64,000 nt of DNA, taken from assembly GCA_963693365.1 (NCBI GenBank), contig CAVNZM010000004.1:7105093-7169092 (forward strand), in the 5' to 3' direction. Both the position numbers and the translations under genes were made by a program. The stretch is from Amoebidium appalachense (lineage: Eukaryota; Protista; Ichthyosporea). The notes beneath the pieces were generated by a model. The model had not been told where the DNA came from. It searched no databases and saw only the letters and a list, made by a program, of their open reading frames with translations. Numbering within the stretch: position 1 is the stretch's first letter; every line of letters begins with the position of its first letter. Below, piece after piece: positions 1-36,400 of the stretch.

Positions 1-52
1 GTGCGTGCGCGTGTGTACACAAACTCTCTCTCTCTCACATATACACACACAA

Positions 53-83
<31 letters not shown>

Positions 84-185
84 TCGTTAACTCCTTCCAC
101 TACTGTTCCCTTCTCTTTCCTGTGAAAAACAAACTTGTACACCTGCAAGACTTCAAAAATTGTAACCATATAATATCCAACACAG

Positions 186-1052
186 GCCAAATTTGTGTTT
201 GGCACGGGAAACACCGTCCGAAAAGCCCTGAAGATCGCCAAAGCCGTGAACCTACTTATGGAGAAAATGGGCAACCAATCACAATTTGAGTCAACCGTGC
301 GTTCATTGGCTGGCCTACACGTTGCAATCAACGTGACCGAGAAAATGTTCGAGGGTTTGGGCCAGGCACTGTTGGAGAGTCTGGCTGAGAGGCTGGGGGA
401 TGAGTGGACGGACGAGGTTCGGGACTCGTGGGTGGCCATGTACACACTGGTGGGTGAATTCTAAGTAGCTACGTACGATCATGTCCTTCAACTCAAAAAA
501 AAGAAAGAATTGTTTTTGAAGACTCTTAGTATGATAGCCTCTTATAATACCCATCTGATATCATGGTTGAAGTCTTAATGGTCTCATTAAGCTTGATACG
601 TGAGTCTTCAACCTTTTGAATTGTGCAATAACCGCCCCTCCCCCCCGCTTTCCACCCCTTTCAGGCTGTCTCTATCCTTCAGAGTGAAATGGCCCTTCTA
701 CGGGGGGACAAAAAGAAGCAAATTGATTGGCTGGTGAGGTCTCTGGGGCCCAGAAAGGACCAATTGCTGGCCACGTGGGGGCAGGTCGAGAGGCAGGCGG
801 AATTTGCTGGCAAGTTCTATGCCCGGCTGTTTGAGGAGTGCCCGGAGGTCAAACCAATGTTCCAGGTAGGACATTTACGACACCCTGATGATGTCGGGAG
901 TATGTTTAGAAGTTTGGCCACCCAGTATGTTGTACACACACACACACATGCACATGCACGTGCGCTCGCCTGTGCGCCCATGCACGCACACGCACACACA
1001 CACACGCAGATGTATGGTCGCGCACGCGCGCGCGCACACGCGCGCGCGCACG

Positions 1053-1118
<66 letters not shown>

Positions 1119-2204
1119 CACACATACAAACGTGCAGACAGACAGACAGACAGACAGACGCATACAAACGTGCACGCGCGCACACACACACACGCACACA
1201 CACACACACACACTTTTTTCCAGAATCGGCGCTCACCTCATATGCCTGACACACAGAACAAGCCGGCACAGCAACACAGGGCCCTTGCCGGGTCCATTGG
1301 GGAGCTACTGAAGATCATCGACAGACAGGACAGGCTGGGTAGGTCCCAGCCCATATGTATGGCTTACAGTATTTACAAAGAAAAATGTTGTATGTGCACA
1401 TCTTGACATGGTGCATGCGTGCTGCGTACGTGCGCGCATGAGTCCCGGCACCGCGCACATACAGTCACACTCACATAAGCACACGTATATACCGTAGCAC
1501 GTGCCCGCCCGCACGTACACACACACACAGATAAACTGCTACAGCCTGTCACCGCCTGCCAGCATCGTGCTGCGCCTGCACACACACAACACGCACCAGC
1601 CTCAGCCTGAGAGATGTTTCACTGTCTGGCACACGCACACACCATACAAACACTGGTAGAATACGGCATAGTGTGAACTTACGTATCGAAGAACTCTCCG
1701 TATACCTTTTTTCATTGGGTATCTATAACTTCATGATGTATGCCAGCCCCATCGTGCCCGGCGGCGCATATAATGAAAATATGGTCACTCATGGTCATAT
1801 TATGCATCCAACTTCAGTGATGGGCGTAATTTAAAATTTTGAACTTAAACCAAAGGTAATCAATGATGAACCAATCAAACCACAGAGGTCCGGCTGAAGG
1901 CGCTTGCCCGCATCCACGCGCACCTGACCATCACGCCCGAAATGTGCCACCACTTCTGCAACTGCATGGTGGAGACCCTCAAAGCAGAACTGCACCCCTA
2001 CTTCACAGGTATGTCCTGGTGTACGAGTAATAAAGGCCATAACCCTGCTGCGGCAACCTCACCCTTTTAAGTTTATTAAGTTAAAGCTCCCGTAGGTTGT
2101 GTCCTTCTAACTTTTCAAGCTCACCCAGTCGTAAAGTAAAATGTCGGCCACCATGCTTCAAAAGTTAACAACTCACCGAAGTTGGATTCTTAGAACTACC
2201 CCAG

Positions 2205-2236
<32 letters not shown>

Positions 2237-2498
2237 ACAAACTGATAACTCAACCGTAGTACCTTTCCTGAGCCATTTGCAGTGATGCAAGATGCTGTTG
2301 AAACCTCTAGTCTCAAGTTTGTTATGTAGCTACTCTGTGCGTTGACAAGGTGGCGAGGATGCCGCGATGATTGGTACATACTGATCCCATCCCCCCCCCC
2401 CCCCCCCCCCCTCCCCCCCCCCCTCCCCTCCCTCCTACCCCTCACAACCACCACTAGCCGAATGCCTCCGAATGCCTCCTTCACAAGGGAACACAAGG

Positions 2499-2574
<76 letters not shown>

Positions 2575-2686
2575 TGACGACGACGCAACCTGGCGCCGGA
2601 CCATGGGGTTGGTTGCCATGGTGATGGCGTCCGTATCTGAAAAGGCTGGCGACATCCACTCACGTGCACTGTGCTCCATCCAGTGA
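186..2686 (+). CDS. Multi-domain (>=2) globin, 5' end outside the window; C-terminal CaaX motif (CSIQ)
   Basis: Exons 186-449, 665-865, 1224 (or 1257)-1338, 1886-2008 and 2574-2686 join in frame through GT..AG. Domain 1 shows E-H helices ([47 protein letters not shown]). Domain 2 is complete ([53 protein letters not shown]). Proximal F8 His is present in both. Stop TGA at 2684-2686. Confidence 0.85.
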
Positions 2687-3718
2687 CCATCCGCCTACAG
2701 TCACGTGCAGGGCCATCCCTGGTAACGTAAGCGGCTTACCTGCGAATGATTTAAATTTTAAATTCTTTTTATTCTGAATTAGTCCACCAATGGCATGCTG
2801 TCCATAAATCAGCCCGGCGCCTGAAACGAATGCTTCGTCCAAATGGCCGCTTCCGAGTCACCAAAAGTCGACCCATGCGCCCCACTCATCAGAGGCCCGT
2901 GCCGTACGTTGATAAATAGGCACTGGCTGATGATTATTAACGGTTCAGCGTCACACGGCCATAATTACACTACACATGGGATGGGCCCAAGTTGTTTATC
3001 GCCAGTTTATGGCATGCATCTCTCTTCTTCATAATGAGGGTGGAGCGGGAGGAGGAGGGGGCGAGAGGGGGGATGGACCCCGAGATTTGGGGGAGGGATG
3101 CAGCACTGCAACACAATAATTACTCAACATTTTGATGGGTTTCCGAAATACGAATGGCCCTCTGGGTTCGGAGTGTATGGCAACTGTTTTCAGTGATCTA
3201 AGTTAACGGCAATGTTCGGTAGCTTTGCTTGGCAGCCTAATAGTAGAGTTGTACATGTGTGGGCTTATGTTACGCCATAACTTAGTAATTGTAATTTACA
3301 ATTTTTTCAGTTTAGGTGGCTGGGCCACCAAGGCGGTGCTTAGGAGTTTTATTTTACGATTATGGTTTCATTTTTTTATTATCACGGTAAAGTCACTGCC
3401 ATATATGCTGTACATATGTACAGTAGGGATTTAGCTCAGTGAAAAGGTTTCAGTATGTTTAAAAATTTACATAAAACGAATGGAATTGAGTAAACAAACA
3501 ATGTAGTTAAACATCATAAGAAACTGATGTAAGGTATCATCTGTAGTAGTGTGGTACTGTTCGGAACAGGACTTGTATTCTTGCCCTTCCCACAGTTCGT
3601 GGCAACCTGTGGAAAGAGAAACGGTTGTGTGAAAAGGGGGGGAAGGAAGCGCGGGGGCGGGGGGGGGGGGGGGGGGGGGGGGCGGATAAAGGGAGATGTG
3701 GCAATTGCAAGCGAGGAG

Positions 3719-3815
<97 letters not shown>

Positions 3816-4107
3816 ATGCTGTCATGGGGAAGAGAGAGAGCGACCAATCGATCCAGCTACCTTGAGTTATCAACCTTAAGCTTGTTCACATGTGACAGGT
3901 GTATCGCCATTAGCTTCGGATGCATGCATACAAAAAAAAAGTTTGTATAAACAATAAAGAAGTAGGTATATCAAGTTTTCAAGTTTTTGTTTGTCTCCGC
4001 CTTTTTTTTTTATATAATGACTGCAACGGCTTGTGGCAGGGGATCCGAACCAGGAGGGGAGGTGTGGATCGTGTGGGTGGGTGGGTGGTGGTGGTGGTGG
4101 TGGTGGT

Positions 4108-4142
<35 letters not shown>

Positions 4143-4461
4143 AAGGGGAAAGAGGCCAAGGAAACTTTCATACAGGACGTGTGCTCTTTCTTATTGGGGA
4201 CGCAAATTGCTGACCCGTCTTCTTTGCCAACAACAGCCCCCCCCCCCTTTCCCCTCGAGCTCCCTCTCGGTGACGAACCCCTTTCAAATATACGGGCCGT
4301 TGTAATTACTTTTATCATGAACACGAATTTCGTGGGCCCCGTCATGATCCATGCATGGTCACTTCTCGGTCGGTTCATACGGTCACATTAGTACCCGCCG
4401 GTGCCAACTACTTAGACATGCATATGCGTACGCCGCTCACGATATATCACCTTTGTGCATG

Positions 4462-4521
<60 letters not shown>

Positions 4522-4959
4522 ATTCATCCCCTGCTTGCATTATCACTAATATTGCCAACACGTACAGGCATCCGCGGGGACCCTGCACACGCAAACACTT
4601 CGTGCCAGTGCTTTCCCGCTAAACACACATATGTATTGCGACTGCGCCGTCTGGGCCACAGCAGTAATACTTGATTTGCACCACCACACCAGACTAAATG
4701 TTGTTTCAAGGCAGCATCCAGTGCTGCATTTCGGGTTCATAACTGTGAAGGAGGCAACTCAGAATATACTCTGGATTATCGTATACGTACAAATAATAAC
4801 TATTTCGTGTGGCCACTGTATGATGATCATAAACTCATAACGAGCCTCTATACGACAGCATAAACACGTCAAATGATATGATCAAAATTCAATGCCAAGC
4901 TGCGGCTCCACGCCTGTCCGAGAAGTGGTTTACAGTCGTGTGCGTCCGTGTGTGTGTGT

Positions 4960-5043
<84 letters not shown>

Positions 5044-5386
5044 TGTCAGGCTGCTAACCCGGTGTGCTTATATTTGCTGGAGCCAAGTATGCACACCTCG
5101 AATATATGTTTTAAAAGATCCTCCTTAAAAAAAACTTTTGCTCTTAAAATATCATTAACCCCCCCCCCCCCCCCCCTCCCCCTCTCCCCCCTTCCCCCAC
5201 TCACCGCACGATGTACTAGAGAGCACATTTCCCTTTAGGCTCATGGTATGCCTATTTCACAAGTTTCGAACTAATTATATATGTAAAAAACACCCGGCCA
5301 GTCCCGTACTACTATACGAATTTGCCAACACTCGAGTACAGGAAGAAAAACACATTCGTTGAGCCTTACTATCTTCTTTTGGTTGC

Positions 5387-20609
<15,223 letters not shown>

Positions 20610-21090
20610 GTTGTATTCCTGGAACACCTAAAAATTCTTATATATAATATCCGTGCAGAGCGTTGGGATCTTGAACTACGGTATTGGGAAGAGGGGAGTT
20701 TGTAATAACAGGCGGTGTTTGTGTGTTGTAGATAACACAGATCCTTAGAACCTACAGCAAAAAAATACGGCGTGCTTGCAACTGATAAGGAATTCGACAC
20801 CTGCTGCTGAATGTAATCGTGGGTCAGTAGTATACCGTAATGCTGTGTTACTAAGAAAACGAACCCGTCCAGCGCCCACCTCTGCAGGCAGGTTGGCCGC
20901 AAACTTTGTTTTGAGTTGGGCGCCAAAATTGAGTGGGCGCACACCAGTATTAGATCCGTTTACGATCGCCCGATTATGCGATCTGCGACGACCAATTTGA
21001 AAGGCGTAGGGCAGATGCCGGCTTGAGGGGAGGGAGGGGAGGGGGGAATGGTTTATCAACAGTTTTGTGTGTGTGTTTTTTTTTTTTTTT

Positions 21091-21185
<95 letters not shown>

Positions 21186-21763
21186 AGATAAACAAACTTG
21201 ACAAGGGTGGTTTGTCTCTGCATGACTTGCTTTATCTTCACAGCCTTCGCAACTCGAGTGACATCATCACCCTCCCCGTCTCCGGGGGCCGGGGCCCTTC
21301 CCTGCCCGGCCCCAAAGGCCCCACCGGCACCGAACCCCTCTCAAGTTGTGTATGTAAATAAACCTCCCCTCCACCCCACCCCCCTCCCCATCCTTACCTA
21401 CACCCCCGGGCGACCCCCCTCCCCCCTCCTCCTACCCCCCCCAACCCCCCCCCCCCTCCAAAAAAGAAAGAAAGAAAGGGCGGAAAAGAAAGGGAAAGGG
21501 AAAGGAAAGGAAAAGAGAAGTAAAAAGAATTTCGACGGAAAAAAAGAAAATTCTGAAAATGAAAACGTCAACTCCGACCTTTTGCGAATGATCCGTGATT
21601 TGTCCGTCCCAACATAATAGTTCACCGTGTGTCTGTTTGCAATAATCCCCCCCCCCCCCCCCCTCCCCCTTCCCCCTCCTCCCCCTCTTGGCAAGGAGGG
21701 GAATCTAGAATTCTGCAATCCGAACTTAGGGGCGTCTTTTTTCTCAGTCTTTTCTTGTTTCAT

Positions 21764-21794
<31 letters not shown>

Positions 21795-21832
21795 TTTTCT
21801 TTTCCTTTTTTGGGGGGGGGAGGGGGGGGGGA

Positions 21833-21866
<34 letters not shown>

Positions 21867-22545
21867 GGGATTTCTTTTGCACATGTGCGGAGATCCGAAG
21901 GGGCATCCGGAGCTGTGGGGGAGGAGGGGGGGGGGGGGGGGGAGGAGAGGGGGGGGGGAGGGGGGGGGGGCTCAGAGGGAAGGGGGGGGGGGGAGGGGGG
22001 GGGGGGGGGGAGTACATAATGTGTGAACGGGTAGTCTCGTGAATGATCATCTATTGTGAGGCTGTTATATTGGCATTAACGCTGCTGAATCTCAAATTGC
22101 ATTGGATCACCAAGCTTGGCCCAAAGCCATTAACTATATCACTAAATTGAATTTTACTGTAAATGTACGTGGTAGCTACGCGCAAAGTGCTATATTATCA
22201 TGATATATATATATATACACACACACACACATATATATAAATATATATATATATATATCAGTATATAAGAGCATGCATGCATGTGTAGTATCAGGGTTGC
22301 TGTTTCCAGGCATATAGCTACAGGGCTACCAGCATTTTTTTGCGCAGCTGCTAGGCAAATCATTATATCATTAGTAGTAAGATGTCACTATGGCTGCGTA
22401 CACAAAGAGAACTCAGTGGGAAATGTAGTTCCGACAGGGACTGAATTGCATGTGCGCCAAAGAAAAAACACATGCAATTAAAGATATTTTTCCTTTTCTT
22501 TTTTTTTTTTCCCTTTCTTTATTTCTTTCTTTCTTTTTTGTGGGG

Positions 22546-22591
<46 letters not shown>

Positions 22592-22846
22592 TGAAGGTCA
22601 GAAGGGCAATAGAAAAAAAAGAAGACTATGTACATGTAGCCTCGAAGGTCAAATCGATTGACACCCGACTTTGGCATATGCATACGGTCACCGGCTACCA
22701 AGCTCGTATATATTGTTGGTCATTCCGAAAACTTGGCAACACCCACTTCTTGTTATTACCAGTTATAAGTAGCAGACCTGCATTCACGATGCACAGTAAC
22801 CGTCTAAGTACTTGTTCCTTTTTTTTTTTTTTTTTTTTTTTGGGGT

Positions 22847-22881
<35 letters not shown>

Positions 22882-23641
22882 ATGTACACTGCTTACACCC
22901 ATGGATAACGTCAGGCACTGTATAGCTCGTGTTGCCGTTCATGTTCCAGTTCAATACGTGCCCTGATATTTTTTTATTGGGGTGAATAATTCTCAATGTA
23001 CATACCGTGCACCTCCCCCTTCCCCCCCGGCGGAAAGACAATAACATAGAATGAAGCTAAAAATGGAATACTTATACACGGTCATTCGTACTAAGAAGTA
23101 TTAGCAACTGTCCCATTCCGTGTCGAATATAGCCATTCATGTGCTTTACAGAAATTCTTTTCAGAAAACAAGGATGTACCACGGGGATACAAACCTCCCA
23201 GCGTCCCATCGGAAAAACAGCCACCCATTATGCGCATTAAGGTAGCGTTGGCGACAAAAAAAACAAACGGAACCAAATCTGGTACGGTTTGATACTAAAG
23301 ATAGCACCAAAAGGTACCAGATTTGGTGCAGTTGGTTTGTCAGTTGCTGACACCGAACCAATCGAGTTATAATTTTTCTGTACTGAACGTTTGAAGAAAA
23401 CACTATTTACATAATTACCATGCAAAGAATTTGGCTCTAGAGCATAATTCGGCTACCTTTTCACTCTCGATGTAACCCTGTTTTTCATATGAATTTGGCC
23501 CGGACACCGATCACCAAAATTCCATGGTTTCATCCTCGTTAAAAACGCTGTGATAATACAAAGTTTTCATGAATATAAATGCAAATAAAATTTAAAAGGG
23601 TATTAAAAAACGTCAACAGCATCCCGCACGGCTGATCAAGT

Positions 23642-29984
<6,343 letters not shown>

Positions 29985-31845
29985 TTTTATAACACTGCGT
30001 GCAATGGCTGGTAGGTACAGAGGGGAGGGGTAGGTCAGCTGCCAATGAGTATGGAATGTAAAACATGGGTTACTGAAACGGTATGTTTCGACAGTACCAG
30101 TTATGACGACATAAGAACTAATCTCAGGTTGTAACTGTGTGTTTGTTTTCTTCTAATAATGGGTTGTATTCTTGCTTGCGTACTTGGGTTTGTTGTGTTG
30201 CTGCCAAGATATGACAGCTAGAGTATGACACATCTGTCAAATTCCCAAAGCCAGGGAGAGCTGAGCCGTGTGCAGCACAGGCTGGGCAAAGTTTACACAA
30301 CTGACTGCTGTGTAGGTATTAGCTCAGACTGGGTTGAACGACTACGTGTGTGTGTTAATAACAGACAAAGGCTGCTTTATTGGTGCTCCGGGCTACATGT
30401 GAAGCAATTTTACTATTTTTGAGTTCTTTTTTGAGTTCTGACAGTTCCCAGTAAGGAAAAAACTTTGTGCCACTGGCACTGCGGCCGCCGGGCGCCGGCG
30501 CGAGTTTTGAGGCTCGCGGCCTCGCGCCTTTTTTTTGGGGGGTGATGCAAGAATGGCCAATCAAAACTTCCCCGAGCAAGGCTCAGACTGGAGTAGTACA
30601 GCGTCAAATATATGGAGAGATCTATATCAAGGACTATTCAGGAAATCATTACAGGTGGTGAAAGAAAAAAATAAAGGCAAAATTCTAAACAGCAAATGCT
30701 TCTCTGGTTCCACCTGCATGTACAGTACTGAACTTCAGTACACAGTTTTTTTCACCGACCTTGGACATAGCTTGCAATGATTGGGTTAGCCGGCATCGTT
30801 GCTCACGTTTCGATTTGATTGGGTCGTAGGTAGATCAACAATTCTGATTCGCTTTTGTCAATCAATTGTTGATTGGGCCAGCTCACCCAACGTGCCTTCA
30901 ACTGCCTTGCTCGGTCTGCCCTAGGCTTTACTTCCGCTCGGTTTTGTCTACTACAATAAGCTAAAAGAAGAATTCTGATATTTTGTGAAACCCACGAGTT
31001 ATCCGGCCTTGGCGCTCTGGAATATCAGATATCTTCTTTTTTACATCGCGTCTCCCGAGGTTGAAGTTGCTGTGGGCCATTGCATCAAATTTGCACCATT
31101 CCTCCAATATTGTTTTGATTGGCTGTGAATCATCTTCATAGATCACCGCGCTGTTCTGTGGCTTTCTCGTCCACAACTCACAATTTCACAAAGCAAAAGC
31201 GCATGTCTGAGTCACCCAAACAGAAACTTCTAAAAACAGGCGAATGCGAAAACTCTTGGACCCCCCAAAAAAGATTTAGAAGGCCTCAAAAATAGAGGAA
31301 GATAGTTATGTGCAGCCGAACATTGAATATGTATTCAGTTATGTGACGCAGTTCTGCAGATCTAAGGATTTGGAACATGTTGAGTTGAGACACGAGATTT
31401 TGGGCTTTTTGTTGTTTGTTTGCTTGCGAAGACTATCTTTGTGCCCAGGTATCCTTTTTCTGAGCAGACACACAAGGGGGGCAAGAAATAAAACATATAA
31501 AACAATGGTTAGAGTCATGTGAAGGCGTTAGAAACTACTGTTTGGGATCGCAACTACAAGGGAACAAAGACTCATTCACCTAGATCGGAGCCCGCTCGGA
31601 GCTTCTCGTCTTTCGAACGAAACGTCAGACATCTGGCACACACGTGCAGTAGAACTTTCTGCTGTCCAAATCATTATTTAATTCATTCTTATTAATTGCT
31701 AACAATTCAATTGGTTACTTGGTAGCATCTGTGGCCAAATCCCATTGCCCAGCGCTCCTACATGCACGATTTGTCATTCAGACCATTAAAACTACCCTCA
31801 CTTTTTTTGTAGCAAAGCAGCAGGTTGTTTCCCGAGGCATGGAAA

Positions 31846-32975
31846 ATGTGGCACACACCCTCCACACCCACTCAAAGCCGGCCATCTATGGGTCACGGCC
31901 GTGCTTTTTTTATGGATGAGCCCTTGGATGGGGCCACAGAACACAAGGCAATTTCGGGACAAACGGACGACAACGTGTGCAAAACCTGTCATAAGCCTTC
32001 ATCTCCAACACCCGCTGTGAGCGTTGCGGTGATGGGATGTGGGCCTTGCGGAAAAACTTCCCTGATTAAGCGGTATGTGGACGGGACATTTGATGAGACC
32101 CTTGAGTATACGCCCACGGTGGAAGGAATGTACAAGACGGTGAGTGGGGGCAAGGTTACCGGGCAGGAGGATGTTTGTGTGGGCATGGGCGTGGTGGTGG
32201 TTGGGTGTGTGGTGTGAGGGTGTGTGTGGGGGGTGGTCGGGGGGGAGGGGACGGGAGGGGTGGTATGTTGTCTTGGGGGGGCGCTCTCGGGGGTGGGGGC
32301 AAGGGGAAGGAGGAGTGTGGGGTGGATCTACGCAGCCTTAATGCAGACACGGCTGGAACCCAGACACGGCTGGGACAGAAATTTTGTGTCAGGCTGGTTG
32401 CAGATAAGGGGTAGGCAAGAGGTAGACGTAGCAGTGCAAGTAGAGGAGTTTTCTAGAGTTGCCAGCATGCAAAACTGTGTCTGTGCGTGTCTGTGTGTTA
32501 TATATTATACAAAGGGGGGGGGGGGGAAGGGGGGGGGGCTGTTTTTGTTTTCTTTTTCCTTTCTTTTTTTTTTTTTTTTTTTGTGGGGGGGGGGGGGGGG
32601 GGGAGGGGGGACTATCAATGCCCGAACGGGTTGATATACACTCTGTCTTATCTTATTTTCTAGGGAAATGTTGAGGAAGGAGCTTCTGACAGCGTAACAT
32701 AAGGCCATATGTGTGAAGGAGGTGTGGAGAGCTGGGAGGCTTGGGGAATGGGAGTATGTGTGTGTGTGTGTGTGTAGGGGCCCGCGGGGGAGGGGGGGGG
32801 GGGGGTTCTGTAGGGAAAGGCGGGATGGTGAGGGCAAAGTCGTAATAGAGAGTTGGTCATTGAGAGAGCTGGTGGAATAGTATGTCTAATATAGTAGAAG
32901 TTGACGGGTTCATGGTTTGCAGACATTGAGGGGGGGCGCATGCTGGAGATTCTCGACACCAGTGGATGGTAACCT

Positions 32976-33007
<32 letters not shown>

Positions 33008-33409
33008 CCCTACCCCCTACCCCCTCCCCCCCAAAAAAAAAATAAATACATAAATAAATAAAAACAAAAAACATCGCCACCGCCACCACCCACACAACCC
33101 ACCCCCTAAAGGTCACCCGCACTCATGTATGCTTTTTACTTAGTTTGGTGCTAGGTTGGTTCTATCAGGAACAAAACGTGCCGTCCAATGCTTGTTTTTA
33201 GTATTGCCCACCATTTTGGACATCCTTGGGTGACGGTTTGCATTCACAAACCACGTGCACCCACACCTCATACACCCCCCCCCCCCCCCCCCCCCCCCCC
33301 CAAAGCACACACACACACCTCATACACCCTCCCCCCCTACACCCGTATGAATATCCACCTAACCACACCTCACACAAACACACATACACACACACACGCA
33401 CACACACAC

Positions 33410-33441
<32 letters not shown>

Positions 33442-36400
33442 GCACACGCACACACACACACACACACACACACCACAGCACGGACTCTAGTGCGCTGTGG
33501 GACTACTACGTTGATGCGGCCATGGGGTTTATTCTGGTGTACTCGATTGGTGATTGGTCGAGCCTGGACCACATACGCGAATTCCATAAACTCATTCTGC
33601 GCGTAAAGGTATGCATACCAGGACACACTATACTTCCCCCTCCCTCTTCCCACCCCCTTCCCCTCCTCCCTCCCTCCCTCCCCCCACCGCCACCACCACA
33701 CACAGACACATAGTTCCCTCTCCCTATAAACGTAACCACCACATCAGCACTATTTTGGCCGTGCCCCACACCTCCATCGCACGTTCATATGCCCTTTCCC
33801 TTCGTCGTAGCTTGAACAATAAAGGGCCGAAGGGTGGGTAGTCGTTAAGAAGGGGCGGAAAGGGGGGGGGAAGTGGGGGAGGGGGGAGGGGGGTTAGGTG
33901 TGAGTGGGTGCAAGGGGGGGGGGGGGGGAAAGGGGGGGGGGGGGGGGGGGAGGGCTGACTGGTGGGGGACCCTGTTATCCCAATCGTCCCAAGAAGCCGG
34001 AGGTGTTTGCATCCCAGTGTCCACCAAGAGCTGGTGGTTTGTAAAATAAAAAAAAAAATTATTTTCATTTTAAAACATGTTTTAGAAGTATTCCGCTTGA
34101 GCTATTATGCGTGAGTTTTGTGGCTGTGCGACCATCCCGACTGTGCACCGACTTGTGTTGATGCCCCCCACCAACACCATTACGTGTTTTCACAGGGGGC
34201 CGAATCGGTACCTGTTGCACTTGTAGGCACCAAGGCGGACACAATCGCCCAATCAAACCGGACCGTTAGTTTTGCGCAAGCAAAGCGATTGGCCGCAGAC
34301 CTGGGGGGGTTTGTTGGCCACTGGGAGGTGTCGGCGGCTACGGGGGAGGGGGTGCAGGAGGTGTTTGAGTGTCTGGCCCAGAAAGCAATTAAGAAGGTAT
34401 GAGGTTGGGTATCTGTTGTGTACTGTACCTCTGCTTGGCTCTTCGTTTTCTGATATGGTAGCGGATGTTTGTGGAGATGGTGATCAAGTGCTCTAGTGTT
34501 TTTTTTTCGTTTTTTTTTCGTTGTTTGTTTGTTTGTTTGTTTGTTTGTTTGTTTGTTTGTTTGCTTGTTTGTTTGTTTGTTTTTGCTTGGAAGGGGATAA
34601 GAGGCGTAAAAAAGAAGAGGAGGTGGGTTGGTGGTGTGTGTGTGTGTGTCTGTGTGTGTGGGTGGGTGAGTGGGTGGGTTGTTTGGGGAGGAGGGGGGAA
34701 GGGGGGAGGGGGAGGGGGAGGGGGGGAGCGAACCCTTAAATATGATGAGGTCAGAAATCGGGAACTAAGTGGCACGCGCGAGGTGGATATGTCGAATGGA
34801 TGGAGAGTAGTGTGGGTTGAATGGGCATGAATGAAGGGCAGGGGGGGGGGGGGTTGGACAGTCTGTGGGTGTTCCATACACGGGGGAGTGGTCGATGGGA
34901 GGAAATTTTGTTGGAAGGGTGAGTGAAGTGAATAGGTGTAAGATTGTGGTCTTTTTGTTCAAGTTGTTGTCGCGCAGGGGGGGAGGGGGGGGGGGGGGGG
35001 GGGAGTGATTGGCTTTAGGAAGGAAGGAGGCTTTTTCTTCGCTTCAGAGACTCACACGGAAAGGGTAGTGAGAAGGTTAGGACGGGAGGTGATGTACAGA
35101 TACCCGGAATACATTTTTTTTTTTTTTTTTTCTTTTCTTTTTCTTTTTTTTTTTTTTGGCCCCGTTGATTGAACCCTAGGTGACCGGTAGATTTCCTCTT
35201 TTGCACATTTTTTATTCGTTCTTTTTTGTCTGTTTTCTTGTGCGGGGAGTTCTCACTGGCCCATGGTTCCTTATTTGGCAGGTGGACGACAAACTGCGTC
35301 GGGGGCGAAGCAACAGCGACGGCAGCCACAGGCTAGCTCAAGCAGTACATGCCGTCACCCGACTGGGAAGAAGGATTCCACAAACCCCCGCAATGTCACC
35401 CCGCCAGCACCGGTCCATGTCACTCACAAATGTCATGGCACCGCCCGCATCGGCAAATTACGCGGCGTCCCGAAATTCGGCCGCGCAGTCTCCGGCGCTA
35501 AGGTCGAGGTCGTTCGACTGGTCTGTATCAAATATGGCGACACATTTTATGGGCGGAAATCCCAATCCCAACGCGCGTAGGAATTCAACTTCGAAAGTGC
35601 ACAATAGAGAGCGTGCGTCTACCACTGGAGCGGATAGTGTCCCCCCAAAACGGCGAAATTCGGCGGCCGCGATGATCCGGAGACTGTCGCATGGGTCGAC
35701 CAGTACGCTGGGGCTCTTTCATTCGTCGAATCACACCAATGAAGCTTCATCCACCTCGGCTTCAACCAATCTCGATGAGCCATTCGGGGGATTGACACCA
35801 ATCAAATCGTCTGCAAGCCAGTCTCTCAAGTCCCCATCACCCACCGAAGACTCGCCAATATGTCAAAAAACCGAAAAGATTGATCCCTCGGCCAACCACA
35901 GAGTGCGCACTTGCACGCCTGGTACTTTGATTGGTCGTCGCGGGCGCACTCAATCGGCAGGTTCGCGAACTGTGCCGGCGACCGATTTTAGTGGCTACGG
36001 AGAAAGGAGGGCCTCCCTCATGACCCCAATCAACCAGTCCATCCTCACTGAAATAACAAGCCCAAATTCGTCATCAGATAACGTTAGTCCCCTCACACCC
36101 ACTCCTACTTTCAGGTGGTACCATCGCCAAATTTCAGCCATTTCTGTTGGCGAGTTGTCTAATTTTTCAATACGCTCACGCTCGGTGTCGTTTTCCTCGA
36201 ACACATCGCTACTCAACATGTCGCCATTCTTTGAGCGGAAACCACCGGCGAGCGAAATTCACCACCACGGCCGTACAGACCCCCCCGTGCACATACCCGG
36301 GCTTAATGCGATGTACAACAAAGGACCCCCCTCCAGCCCACCTATGGGATATCACGGAATCCACTGCCGGGAGGAATGGGACGGGCTGGGCATCTGTGCG

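Noticed and set aside
23272-23327. 14 bp inverted repeat ACCAAATCTGGTAC / GTACCAGATTTGGT downstream of LANCL
   Set aside because: Isolated short hairpin with no TSD or RNA-family features; no function can be assigned.
30961-31176. 71 aa non-repetitive minus-strand ORF between the divergent LANCL and GTPase genes
   Set aside because: No recognisable family, no ATG and no convincing splice partners; not supportable as a CDS.
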